This document shows positions 47,044-60,221 of a stretch of 64,000 bases of DNA, piece after piece. The notes under the pieces are model-generated. The model saw only the letters and a program-made list of their open reading frames with translations, made no database searches and was not told where the DNA came from. A program made the translations under genes and the position numbers. Positions within the stretch are counted from its first letter, which is position 1; each line of letters starts with the position of its first letter. Source of the stretch: Sarea resinae (lineage: Eukaryota); assembly GCA_026026165.1 (NCBI GenBank), contig JAPEUD010000011.1, positions 372,001 to 436,000 of the forward strand, in the 5' to 3' direction.

Positions 47044-50000
47044 ATGTCTAAACGGAGTGCGGAGATTCAAGGCGGTAAAGACAACCCGGGGTTTCAAGGC
47101 GAAGGAAACGGTTGGGGATCCACGATGGACGATAAAAAGCAGGCAACTGCTGCTCAGTTGGCCCGTAGAGTGTAAGTCTGAAATCTGTTTGCCTGTGATA
47201 CGCCTGAAAAACTCTTGTGAATGTATGGCGACGCGACTCTTCCAGCCATGCCGATAGCCAGTCCACATTCAACCTTGTTTCTCACTACCTTTAACTGACT
47301 GCCTTGACAGAATCAAACGCCCAAAAGGAACACGGCGCGGCGTATCACCTTCTCCCGCCCCTAGTGGTCTTGAGAATCGCAATCCATTTACTGCTTCTCA
47401 AAACGCTCCCCAAAACACCGGTTTCGGTGCTAGTGCTGGCGCAACTGGCTCCAATTTCAACTTTACAGCTCCGTCAAGCGGGTTCTCTTTCTCAAATCCG
47501 AGTGCGAGCAATCCTTTCAACAACGCGAACGGCGTGCCAGGATCTCCTGCTGCGACGGCCGGCTTTCAGGGATCAATATTCAATATTTCAGCGCAACCGA
47601 GCAATACCGCCCCCCAGATACAACCTCCTTCACCTACCAAGAATCTATTTGGCCAAGGTGCCGGCTCGCCACAGTCAAATCCACCTTCAAATCTGTTTGG
47701 GGGATTCACTACTCAGCAGTCACAACCTGCAGTGAATATGTTCGAACAGTCCACCCCTTCCCAGAATTTGCTTGGTCAAGCAGCCAACTCGCAGCAGCCA
47801 AAGCCGACTGTTAATCTGTTTGGCGGGTTGGCGGCTCAGCAGTCACAGCCTTCTGTGAATCTATTCGAGAGATCAACTCCATCGCAGGCTCAAAGCAGTC
47901 TGGGGAGCCCAACAGACAGCATGCAGACTTCACCTGATAACACTCCTGCGAAAACCAGTGCGAAGCCTAGCTTGTTCAACCTCGGTTCTACTGCTACTTC
48001 ATCACAGCCTCTCAACTTTCCCAGTCGGCCAGACCCTTCTACGACTGAGAACGGTACTTCGGAACAGTCAGGCGCGGCTACAAATTCTAGTGCTCAGCCA
48101 CAACTGTTCAACCCTTTCGCCTCAGCCACACAGCCTGCCTCAGTCGCCCAGCCTCTAAAACCAAATTTGTTCAACCTTGCTCCAACCACGAACTCGGATC
48201 CTCCAGCCCAAGCAGCAAAGCCGAACCTGTTCAATTCTCCTTCGACCACCGTCTCTGATACTCCAGACAAGGGGCCAGAGCCAAACATATTCAACCCCAC
48301 GTCAACCAATAATCTTAATTCACAACCTCAGCCGTCAATGCCGAATATGTTCAACCCTACCTCCAGCACCAGCTTAACTTCACCGACCGCGTCGCCGAAG
48401 CCAGATCTTTTCAATCCGTTCAGCCCAACACCAAATTCAAGCACTGCATCAAACTTTGGATCTTCGATATTGAAGAAGAAAACATCAGCACCTATGGGGA
48501 AAGAGGAGTCCTCAGACAAGGTCGGCGATGTGCCTTCCAGATTCACCGATGGGCAGAAACGTGAATATGTTACACAATACCGTTTGCGCTCGCTTAATTC
48601 AGAGGTCAAGAAATTATTGGCCGAGGCTCCCATTCATGCAGACTTTGGCGACCTATTCCTAAGCTACATTGGCATTCGGGACAAGGTTCTCCATGGAGAA
48701 GGGTTGCCCGCAGATGCCATTGCAGGTCTAAAGAGGAAAGCAACCCAACCGCTTGAAAATGGGGTCTTTGACAATGGGAAGAAAGCCCGCGTGGAGCAGC
48801 AACCTATTCCGGCGATCAACAAGCGCAAAGCGGACGATGAAACCACAAAGAGTAATGCGAATGGAAATATGGACTCTGGAAAAAAGTCAAAGAATGGCGA
48901 CCATATTGCGTACCCATCTCTTCCCACAGCAAGCGAAGCCCAATCTGGATCTCAGACCTCCAATATATTTAAGAACATCCTAAATGGGTCCAAATTGAAT
49001 GCTTCGCCGAAACCATCCAACGGCGCCCCAGCTTCCTCTGCAGAGTCTACGAAGAGCTCATCCGATGCATCGAGCTTCAAAGTCCCAGCTTTCTCTGCCG
49101 AGTCTACGAAAGTCGCATCTAATACACCAGCCTTCAAGTCTCCAGTCCCTTCTACAGAGTCTGCAAAGACTTCATCCGGTGCATCGGGTTTCAAACCCCC
49201 GATCTTCAGCACAGGGCCAGTCAACTTCATGGCCCAATTCGGAAAGGCGGCTAACGAGAGTGCCGAGAAGGAGAAGGCAAAACGCAAAGCAGAAGATTTT
49301 GATTCAGACGAAGACGATGAAGCTGAATGGGAGCGCAAAGACGCCGAGGCGCAAGAGGAGAAGCGGCGTAAAGCCGCAGAACTTGTGAAGCAGAAGAGTG
49401 CGAAATTCATCCCAGGAAAGGGCTTTGTGATTGAAGAAGAGGCTGAAAAGTCGGAGAAAGAGGCCCCTAAGAGCAATTTGTTTGGATCGCTGCAGAGTCC
49501 CTCGAAAGAGGCTCCTAAGTCCAACATGTTTGGTTCGTTGCAGAGTCCCACGAAAGAGGCTCCTAAGTCCAATATGTTTGGTTCATTGGAGAATCCCGCA
49601 CCTGCTGCTCCTTCGGCCAGTATGGCTGCTTCCTCAGAGGGTCCTACAAATGAGGATCCAAAGGCCAGCCCATTCGCTTCCCAAAAGAGTCCTACAAACG
49701 CAGCCTCTACATCCAATATCTTCGCCCCCTCGACAGGTCCGACAAACGACACCCCAAAGGCAAATCCATTTGCTTCATTGAATGGTCCTGCCGGCGATCA
49801 GACGTGGAAACCAGAAAGTCCCATTAAGTTTGGTTCAATCCAGACCCCTGCAAAGCCTACCAACAGCGATGGCAAAGATACCCCAAATCCGTTCGGCAAT
49901 CTGTTCGCATCACCACAGAACCCCTCCACCGAAACACCCCCCAAGCCCCCGACGTCGAATTTATTTGGATCGGCAACGTCCTCTCCAACCATTGGATTCT

Positions 50001-50701
50001 CCTTCGGAGGACCTAAATCCCCGTCTAACGAGACACCGTCTAAGCCACCGCACTCCAATCTCGTTGGATCCACGTCAAAGACTCCTAATATTGGTTTCTC
50101 ATTCGGCGGACCGCCCAAGAATTCCGCAACCTCTCTGTTTGCTCCGTCCACCAATACTTCTGCCTCGACATCCGCTTCGGAATCTCGTGCTAATTCTCCC
50201 GGCACGACGACTGAAAATGGTGAAAGTGCAAACGAATCCGCAGCTGATGGAGCTACGGGCAATAGCACTGCGGACGAGAATGCTGAAGGTGACAACGCCG
50301 CACAGAACTCTAAGCAAATCAATCTCGCGTCTTCCGGTCCCGGTGAAGAAAATGAGGACGTCGTCTTTGAAGTTCGTGCGAAAGCCATGCTGTACGAAGA
50401 AAAAGAAGGTAGCGACAAGAAGTCGTGGACCAACAAGGGTGTCGGACCTTTCCGTGTCTTGCGTCATCGCGAGACGGGCAAGCATCGCATTTTGCTCCGA
50501 CAGGATCCCAGTGGAAAAGTCGTCATCAATGCGGCCGTGCTGAGTGGGGTTGACTATAAGTACCAAGCGACGAAGTCGGTAATTCTGCAGACGGCCAATT
50601 CAGAGCGCAAGTTTAGCCTTTGGGCTCTCAAGGTTGGGAAGGACGACGACGCTCATAAGCTCGCGGAGCTTCTCGAGGAGTGCAAAACGAAGAAGGGATA
50701 A
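47044..50701 (+). CDS. NUP2: Nucleoporin Nup2/Nup50-like with C-terminal RanBP1 domain, 1 intron (47172-47310)
   Basis: MSKRSA...ATAAQLARRV/IKRPK N-terminal motif; many xLFG/FSFG/LFN repeats; GEENEDVVFEVRAK...WTNKGVGPFRVL RanBD. Confidence 0.88.
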
Positions 50702-52441
50702 GTATCAACTTGCAGAGACCGAGCCAAGCCTCGTGGTGCGGTTGGCGATTGACCGTCGTGTCCACCACTATGGATGGCCATGGTGTCGTGTTTTTCTTTT
50801 TCTTTTTCTTCTTGTGTCTCTCATGGCAGGCCGGGGGTGGGGGGCCATAAACTCGTCTCGTCTTCTCACTCACACCGTGTTTACTTTTACTCATTTTCTT
50901 CTCTTTCCCATACTCGTGTATCCTCTTATCCCCCGGAGCGACGTTTCTTCTGGCTGGCCACGTCATCGCCTTGTTGGGTACGCTACATCACTTCACATCA
51001 CATTACATTACTTTACACCACATTACATGATCATACACGACGCAGAACTCTTGGGTGAGTGTTTTGTGTACGTGTGCTCTTGTTTAGGTGGGCTTATAGT
51101 CTAGCTTGGCTTAGCTTGACTTGAGTTGGACTTGACTTGGCTTGACTTGGCTTGGCTTAGGCTTGGGTTTGAGCTTGAAACTTTCTTTTTCTTTCCAAAA
51201 GGGTAGTCTATAGATAATACAAACATTCAAAGAATTGATCGATGCTGTGGGTGATTTGGGGAGTGAGTGAGTGAGTAAGTAAGTAATAGGGTGTGGAGGC
51301 CAACACTGCAAGCACAAGTCATGCCATGCCATGCATGATGGATACCTGAATAAGACATTCAACAGATAGACAGCCAGACACCCATCAACGAGCAATCTAA
51401 TAACGATCCACAATCCGAAAACACCGCCAGACCGGCTGGGGTTTGAAGTTTTCTTCTAAGAGAGAGAGAGAGAGGATCAATTATATTAGGTTTAATATTA
51501 ATTTAACAATGATTTATGATGATAAGAGCGGGTGTTGCTATATATATAGATTTACATCTATGTTGGTTGGTCCCTCCCGTCCTAGGATAGGACTTGGATG
51601 GATTGATTTGGAACCCCCGTCTTTGGAAGTGCGGGCGGGAGATAGGTGGTCTTGCAATTCGCCCGCCCCTCTCGCTTTCTCCATCCACTGACAGAAAATG
51701 TCTGGGGGCTCGTTTGCTTGATTGTGCGATCCAGTGCTGTGCTGTGCCCCATGGCCGTTGCGCACATAGGCAGATTGCGGATATCCCGCTGTACTGGCTG
51801 GACCTCTCGGGGACGAGTGATGTCACTGTAGAGAGAGAGAGAGGGAGTGAAAGCGCTCAAAAAATAGCAAAAAGCCAACAGCAGAAAACATGTTCAAGAA
51901 CTCGTAATAGAAAGAGAGAAAAAAAGACAAGACAAGAATGATACGTCCCTCCTCCACACATTCGTACATGGCTGACTGAATAGACTATACTATACTATAC
52001 TATGCTATACTATACGCGTTTCGAATTCTCGATTTTCCGCACCCGAAAGAAAAACAAGGAGAAGAATATATAGGCAATAACCACTCCGTGCTAGGAAGCA
52101 GATAGTCGGAGGAAAGATAAACGTGTTGCCCGCATTTACAATCTTTCGGGCCGGCTGTATTCCGGAAACGGTCGTGGGTTCGCTGCTTTCTGTTGTCCTG
52201 TGGTCCTTTTTCTTCCGTCGTGTCCGGGTTTTAGGGTACTGTTGTTGCTGGTTGCAGGGAAGGTCGCAATAGGTACATGAATGGAATAACAACAGATGAA
52301 CGGGGTGTTGGAAACGCGCAAAGAAAAAAGGGAAAGTCAAAGGAGTATAGTAGGCACAGTAAACTATGATGAATCGAGAAAAAGCGCAAACGGAAATAAA
52401 GGTAAATGCAAACTCAAAGTCAAAACTATAATCATGAAATC

Positions 52442-54223
52442 TTATGAATCAAACAGGGCGCCATAAGCCGGAATGCCCCTCCCCTCGAGCCCCTCCACGA
52501 CAAGCGCGGTGACCTTGGGATTGCTGATCACGAAGACGGCTTCGGCGTCGCAGGACCGGTAGAGGTTCCACGCCAGCTGAACCATGTTGGGCCGCCATCT
52601 TTGGCTCGCTGGGCTTCTGGCCGGGTTGCTTTTGGCCTTCTTCTCGCTCTCTGCGCCTCCGGCTTTGCCGTTGTGTCCCGCTCGCGTGTCAACGATGACG
52701 GCGTCCTTGTCGAGCGCGTGGATCTCGTCTAGGATCCCTTGGCCGTATGTCTGGAGCGGCGACGCTGTTGACCAGAGGATGCGGCAGAAGTTTTGTTGTT
52801 GAGCCGCCCTCTTTGTGCTGTCATGATCGTTGTCGGTGATGCGGGTCTTGGATTTATTTCGCGGAGAGTAGCGCAGTGCGAGACAAGGTCCGATACCCGA
52901 GCCCGTTGCCACTATGACGACGCGCTTGAAAAGTCGCGTGGCATGCAGGAGATTGCGGGTGGGTGCGCCGCGGATGTAGATGTGTGATGGCGGGGAGCTG
53001 ATTATGCGGTTGGTCCAGTCGCCTGCATTGGAGACGACGCAGGAGAAGCCGCGGGGTTGGGTCTTTTTGGTGACGGTCGTGACGGCGTTGTTGGGTAGGG
53101 GGAGAGGTGGGTCGGAGGCGGGAGGTTCTGGGATCGTGGCAAAGGCGTGCCATTCTTTCAAAGGCGAATCAGAGATGCGGATCCCTGTGAAGAGGGGCAC
53201 TGAGGCGTGGTTGAAGTGGAGGCGGATGACGTGGGAGGAGGGACGAGTGGTGGTAATGGGAACTTTGACGAGTACGACCCAGGGGTAGACGATGCTCAAG
53301 GTGATGGCGGTCAGGAAATAAAAGGATGGAGTCGTAAGGAAGAAGGCGACCAGGGTCTTGGTTGGGTGGGAGTGGTAGGTTTTGCGGAGGGTATTAGAGA
53401 GGATGATGGCGTGGGTCCAGAACAGTATTAGAGCGGTCCAGCCGGCAAAACGATGAATGCGCTCGAAGCTATTGTGAGCGACAGCGCGGATACGAGGGTG
53501 GGCAGATATAGAGATTGCGATGAGAAGAGATAGGAGAGCGTATGTGATGATGAGGATGGAGGGGTCGGAGCGGATTTCCGGCGTCGTTGCGAGGATAAAA
53601 TCTTGAGTTAGGAGAACGGCGAAAACGAGGAACCAGAAGGTGGCCGCAACGGCGCATCCACTGTGGAGGCCGCCGAGATGATAGACTTTTGCAGCACGGC
53701 GGCGGATAAAGAGGGGTGCACACCTCGGGACGGCACAGCAGATCAGAAAAAGGAGGTTGATCACATGCTCTTGGCGCATAAGGATGGCGACTAGGAGATT
53801 TGCAGTAGTAATTGTAGCGATTTGCGATAATGTTTCACTGGATATGCCTGTGTGGCGGGCCAGCATGACAACTAATGCAGTCATATTTGCGACGAATACA
53901 ATCGAGAAGAGTCGCCTGTACACCGGAAAGAAGGTATGCCGGATATATCTCCACCATGCTGGTCCGTGGGTTTCCGGCAATCCTTGCTGTGGAATTGCCT
54001 TCTCCAGGTCGATCTCAGGCATCGAGGATACCGATCCCTCGGAAAGGGCGCAATTTTTCGAAGGAATGTGCGGGACTGCTATTGCTCTAGGTCTCTGGAC
54101 CGTTGGGCATTCTTCGGATCCCGAGTTCGTCTTCTCGTCCAGATCCTGAAGGTCAAGCTTCGATCGATGGACTGGACGCTCATCGATGGAGCCCTTTTCC
54201 CCCAGACATTGAGTGGTCTCCAT
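52442..54223 (-). CDS. TmpA-like membrane flavoprotein (ferric-reductase-like TM plus FAD/NAD-binding domains), intronless
   Basis: YRRLFSIVF, ILMRQEHVIN, YHLGGLHSG, HNSFERIHRFAGW, EWHAFATIP, AGDWT, VATGSGIGP, AYGALFDS. Confidence 0.85.
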   Translation of the reverse strand: METTQCLGEKGSIDERPVHRSKLDLQDLDEKTNSGSEECPTVQRPRAIAVPHIPSKNCALSEGSVSSMPEIDLEKAIPQQGLPETHGPAWWRYIRHTFFPVYRRLFSIVFVANMTALVVMLARHTGISSETLSQIATITTANLLVAILMRQEHVINLLFLICCAVPRCAPLFIRRRAAKVYHLGGLHSGCAVAATFWFLVFAVLLTQDFILATTPEIRSDPSILIITYALLSLLIAISISAHPRIRAVAHNSFERIHRFAGWTALILFWTHAIILSNTLRKTYHSHPTKTLVAFFLTTPSFYFLTAITLSIVYPWVVLVKVPITTTRPSSHVIRLHFNHASVPLFTGIRISDSPLKEWHAFATIPEPPASDPPLPLPNNAVTTVTKKTQPRGFSCVVSNAGDWTNRIISSPPSHIYIRGAPTRNLLHATRLFKRVVIVATGSGIGPCLALRYSPRNKSKTRITDNDHDSTKRAAQQQNFCRILWSTASPLQTYGQGILDEIHALDKDAVIVDTRAGHNGKAGGAESEKKAKSNPARSPASQRWRPNMVQLAWNLYRSCDAEAVFVISNPKVTALVVEGLEGRGIPAYGALFDS

Positions 54224-56817
54224 TTTATCGTGAGCAAGAAAAAAGGCAACTCGGATCCACCGAGGAAAATAAATAAACAAGACGGTATATAGCTATGATG
54301 TAGGAGCAATGTATCTTTACTCGCGCGGCGAGCAACAAGGGTATGCAAGGGATGGCGTACTCGACAACGAGTTCCTGAATAATGTGGGCAAGCAAACGTG
54401 GAAGCAAATCGACCTGCGAGCTTCCTGGGTCGCGTTTTTATATTAAAGATCCCTCCTGTTTCGCAGTAATAGACAAAGAACGCGTCAAAGTGGTGCATTT
54501 TTTTTGAAGGCGTACATTTGGCACGCAACAAGGCTGAAGTAGTAAATGCACCGTTGAGGACGTCATGTCGGTAATGTAGCTCACTGCAACTCCCCATTGA
54601 TCCACTCATGGCTTTCAGGTGGGCTTATCGAGGGGCCCCGGCCGAAAAAAGTTTTAATCGATTGCGTGACAATGATCTTTGGCAGCGGATTGGATGCCCT
54701 GCTTGTCTGGGCGTCTAGAGAGACGTGGGAGAAAAATGTGGACAGGCGTCCGAGGCCGAGTCGAGGAGGAAGCCAGCATTCAGCGTTGTAGAACCTCTCT
54801 GCTGTTTACCGCAATAGGCCCGTGGCCTTTGAAATCAAAGGTGCGGAGACCTCCCCTCACCTTGTGGGTTGCACATTACACAGCGACATGGCGTCGCGTG
54901 TTCCTGGATTCCAGGTCTTGCATTCTCCGTCATAAAAAATTCCTCACACATGGCTCGCGCTTGTGTCTACCTCTCGCTTGCTCGACGAAATAACAGCGTC
55001 TGTGAAAAGAGTTGCTCTCATTGTTATATCGCAGACACTCGGACTGATCCATTCGAAACGAACAGGCCATCATCTACTCCTAGGCTCGGCGGGTTATCCC
55101 CACTTCCATCGTAAGACAATGAGTAGAAAGTCTGGCTGGTAAATGGCATGGAGCAGAATGAGCCCATGGCAGGCAGCATGGGCCTTCGCTGGTAGAGTTG
55201 CCCACACGTGGGCTCTCGTGCGTGAGGCATGCACCGTGATGGATCACTAACGCCCCGATCGAATATCAGAATGTGCTTGCAAAGCTCGGATCCATATCAC
55301 ACACGGCATGGATGAATATCTCGGTCGAGATGATGATGATCGCGTATCTCCTGGCTGTATCGTTTGGTACAACGTTAATCGCGGTTGACTACTGCAATAG
55401 TCGAGCAGTCTCCATCGACCATGCAACAAGCCGCTACCCCCGTCCCTGAATATCGAGACGGCTACAGCGTGGCTTGACTGATGCTACCAATTGTTGAGCA
55501 ACTTGAGCACCCTCGGACACGGTCCCGGAGCTGCTCGGTCTCACCTAGCAAGGAGGGAAACAAATTGGTGTTCTGCCCAACTAGTGCCGGCTCCCCATGT
55601 GCCAAAGGCCGACGCAAGGACGGAGTCAATCGCGCGCGAAATAAAGGGCGAAGGGCAGATTGATCATTATTCTCACTTGAGCAGAATTGCTTCCATTGGC
55701 CGCGGATGTCAGGCAGAGCTAGACCATTAGTAGTAACACCCGTTGAAGTTTCGGCCGTGTGAAAAGGCTAACATGAGGCGAACAAGGGATGAGAGTCAAT
55801 TCAGGAAGTGTACCGGGTTCACAACATGAAGTGAACCTGGTACTCAGAAAGTAGACGATCGTCGATAACGCAGATCAGATATGAAAAGCCGCCTGGCTCT
55901 CGACTGGAGCCTTCCGGACGGTCGACGAGAGATGAAAGGTGAGAGATGATGTCTCGTATTCGAACCTGATAGACGGACGACTCAGGCCTAAAAAGAAAGC
56001 GCTTCCACACGCCCGACGTGGGACGGTATAACGAAGGAGTCCTTGTTAAGAGTATTGAGCGTCTCATTTGGGATATAGAAAGGGATGGCCGGTCGACCAT
56101 CCGGGTCATCAAAGCATTCTCATCCCCCATCCCAATCCCAATCCCAACCCCAACTCCAACTCCAACCCAACCAACAAATGAAAGAGGAGGGGGTCACGGC
56201 CGGCTATCTCGGTCGGGAGGAGATCAGATCAGATCAATGCAATGTGAATCGCGAGAGATGCCCACTGGGAGGCTGGTGGGATGTGAGCTGTGAGCTGTGA
56301 GCGGCTACAAAGGAAAGGGTGTGCAGCGTGTGCAGCGTTGTATGATGTACGAATACGCATAGTGAAGTAGATAGTGCGCATACTACGAAGTAGGAGGCGG
56401 ACGCTATGAGATTGACGGACCCCGGATTTGCAGGATCCATGGCTGCCCAGGCGAGATGTACGCAGTACGTACTTTGCACTTACCATTACCACGGTCGGTC
56501 ACCGTTCGGGCTAGCCTGCACCTGGGCAATGGGCAGCTCCGAGGGCTCCATCGCCCGGGCTGGACGTACGTACTCTGTGGTAGTACCCGAGACTTGCTGC
56601 AACCGCCGCTAAGATAAGAAGGTACCGCGTACTGTGTACCTTGCTGTTTATTAGCACCCTCCCTCCCTAATGCCCTCCTCCTCCCCCTCCCCCACCACCA
56701 CCACCACCACCACCACCCTCCTGCTCCGCCAGAGTCTGCCTCACGGTGTAACGCAGCATACCCGCTCCATTCTCTCCCTCATTCAGCGTGTCTCTTTGAT
56801 CCATATCAACCAGCATC

Positions 56818-58862
56818 ATGATCGACCGGCTTCCCTCTGAATTAATCCTCCACATATCAAGCTGTCAGTCTTTCCCGATCCCCATGTTCCCCCCCATCCC
56901 CCCCTTCCCCTTCCCTTTCCCACCGTCCCCTCGCCTCAGCTCGACCTGCCAGCTGACTCGCATTGACGCTTCTCTCATAACTCAGTCCTCGATACGCCTT
57001 CCCTCGTCCACCTCCAGCTCGTCTCCCACCGTTTCTTTGCCCTTTTCCGCGACTCCAAACTCTGGAAGATCTACGCGTTCGAGAAGTCGCAGCCCGAGCA
57101 GCATTATGCATCAGGGGGATTTATGCGCCGACGAGGGGGATCACTCCCACTCCACGCTAACGCCAAAGAGGGGGAGGCAGTGAACCCGAATCCTCGGCCA
57201 AATGCGGAGATGCATTCCTACAACCGCGTTGCCAATGAGCGGGTTCGCGCAATGGCCAATTGGGACCTCTCCTACCCTGCGGAGAAGGTGGACTGGTACG
57301 AGGAATACAAGCAGCGTTATGCCCAGATCTCATTCTCCTGGCTGCAGCAGCCAATCAGTAGGATTGGTCATAGCCGCCACCAATGGGAGCCGCGCGATGT
57401 TCTTGGCATGGGCTTGTTCGAAGATACCGATCCAGGGGGTGCTGGGTCTTTGCTCGTTGCGCCTTTGGACGACGGCAGTGTGTGCTTGTGGGATATCAAT
57501 GACGGAGGTCATGGGCGAGACCGAGATCGCATGGGCAAGATCATTGCCCGGAGTAAAGCAGGGCTCTTATCTGTCAATGGGCCTTACAATCCTGGTGACA
57601 GCCAGGGTGAAATGTCGGCGAGTGGGGCAACAAAAGCGAACATGACCAACACGGGCGTCGTCGAGTGCGTGAGCGTGGACAGCGCCAGGAAAAGGGCATA
57701 TTTTGCCGTCCAGAGTGGGCTAACGGAGGTAGATCTGGAGACCTTGCAAGCGGTCTCGCACGAACGGTTTCCCTTTTCTATATCCGCCTTGTCAGAGGCG
57801 CAGCATCCTACTCCGCTGACCGTAGGCACGACATTAAGTCTACATCTACATGACCCGCGAATGAGCCAGAACTTGAGCTCAACAAGCAATGGCTCAAACA
57901 TGACAACCGATCGATGTGAAACTGTAGTTGTTTCCTCCCCGGGCAGTACGAGACGAAATGACTTCCATCGACTTCTGACTGGGGACCAGCACCTAGACTA
58001 CGCGCCCCTCTTCCAGCCTGGACCCCTGTCCATCCTTCACCTACCCCCTTTCACCTCAAGTAGCTCATGGGACGGCAATGGCTCCATCTACGTCGCCGGT
58101 CGTTTCTCTAGCATCCTCAACTACGACCGACGAACATTCCCCAAGTTACGTGGCCATCTCCACTCGGGCGCAAGTCTGTGCAGTCTCACATCGCTGCCCC
58201 ACCCCTTTGCATCTCTGGAGTCGGACCTGATGCGGCATAATCAGCTTTCGATTGATGCTGTCAATGAAACCAAATCCCTCCCAGGCCAGACCCTTATCGC
58301 TTGTGGTGAGTACAATACCAAAGGCTCACTGGAGCTGTACGGTCTCTCTTCGCTGCCGCAGTACAACAACAATTCGTCGGACTCGTATGCCGGTCGTCAG
58401 CAGACCTCAACGTACAAGAACAGACAATCGGCCTCGAGCTCAAAGCTTTTATCCGTCGCCAACCATGGTACCCGGCTCGTCTTTTCAGACGGCAATGGCA
58501 CGCTGAAGTGGGTGGAGCGGGACGGGTCCACGGAGGTCCGCACGTGGAATATCAACCACCGCAAAGACGAAGAAGCGGAGATTGGTTCAGCTGATGTGAT
58601 CCGGAAGATCTTGGCAGCACCAGGCATATCGAACGGAGATCGCTTAGGTCAGAAGAATCTGCTCCTGTGGACGGGCGAACGGATTGGGTATCTGAATTTT
58701 GAGATCAATCCGGCCTTCACGGCGAAGGACTCTGAAGAGTATGCGAGGCCGGAAACAGAATCCTTGAACTTGAAAGAAGAGCGAAGATACGGAGATGCCA
58801 TGCGTAGGGCATTAGAGAGGCAGGCAAACGAGGTCAAATTTGTAAGAGGACTCGGATTTTGA
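56818..58862 (+). CDS. F-box domain protein with a probable beta-propeller region, 1 intron
   Basis: MIDRLPSELILHISS/FLDTPSLVHLQLVSHRF; APLDDGSVCLWD; YVAGRFSSILNYDRR. Confidence 0.87.
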
Positions 58863-59347
58863 AGTGAGCATAACGTGAGAATATCTGAGCATCGGGGGTC
58901 GCCATGAAGCTCAGCATAGCTTTGGTTTTGGAAGCGTTTGATTTGATACAAAGCGTCGGACCAAGCACCATAGACTCACTGGCTGCATTCATGTTCTCTG
59001 ACAGAATAAGAAAGGGCCTCAAATCAGCACAGCTGCAAATAGCTGCGCTTTAATGCTCTCCTTTGCAGGGCAGCGACTTGTGATTATTCAACAAAGTAGC
59101 GCTCAGCGATATTTTCTGACTGCAGTCCTAGTCGTACTTCGCCTGTAGCGGTGTTTATGATCAGCTTAGCTGTAGCTGTTGAATGAGAAGTATTACTACT
59201 CGGTAGCGCTCGATCCTAGTCGGCACAATCATTCGAAAAATATCTGTGTTCGCCAATTGACCGTCGGAGACAAACAATTGATGCGTGTCAAGCTGTAGGG
59301 ACGACGAGCCTAGAAGAGATACCCTACCGCTTTCAAACCCGGGCCTG

Positions 59348-60221
59348 TTAGTTGTTCGGCCCCTTCCCAATGGATCCTTGCTGCCATAACTGCTTCAAGC
59401 TCTTCCTTGCAGCAACAGCTTCCTGTCGCTTGAACAGCAGACGCTTGGGCATATCGCCCCTCTCTTTCGACAGATCCACCAAGCCCGGAAAAGGAACGGA
59501 GGATGCCAGATCCAAAGCTGCTGCGTCCTTCAGGCTGGGGGAGAATTGGCCGTGCATGAATTGGCCCTGGATATAAGCCTGGTGATCGAAGTAGGAGCGG
59601 TCGGCCGCGATGTGGAATTCCCGCTTCTCGGCAGCCTTCTCGGAGGAAAGACTGTGGTCTTCACCAGACGATGAGGAAGAAGCTGTACTGTCGCCAGCCT
59701 TGCCTTCCTGTTCGGAAGTTCCATGTTGACCTGACTGGATTTGAGCTGCGGCATGCGGACCAAGTGTGAATCTGAGCGGAGAGGCAGCTAACAGGCTTGA
59801 CGCTGCTTGTTCGTGTCGGTAGATAGCCAGAATATTGTTAGGTGCAGGGGCGCGATTTTCGTACTACTCGTTGCACAAGACAAGCCGTCAGCCGCAAAAG
59901 AAGATTTAAAAGGCAGGATTGAAGGAGCCACTGCAGCTGAGTATGCTTGACAGCAGCCGTTGCGTTTTTCAAAGGCCGGGTTCCAGCGTCTCCACATTTG
60001 GTCTCCTGCATGGCTCTGGCGCTATATGACGAGCCTGCAAACAGGAAACTCACCTTGAGGTTTCTGTAGGTGACCACTTCGCCGAATTGCTCGAGCTCTC
60101 GAAGCACTTCTCGACTCTCTCTCACGCTGCGGGGTCGTGGATGGATCTTGACACGCACGGCACAAGCAGCCCAGGGTTTAGTATTTGTTCGAAGCTGTTC
60201 AACCTGTCGGCGAGCGGCCAT
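59348..60221 (-). CDS. Fungal hypothetical protein, 1 intron
   Basis: Exon 1 AVRVKIHPRPRSVRESREVLRELEQFGEVVTYRNLK; GTGAGT donor near 60053; exon 2 YENRAPAPNNILAIYR...ASPLRFTL open to 59348; start uncertain. Confidence 0.75.
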
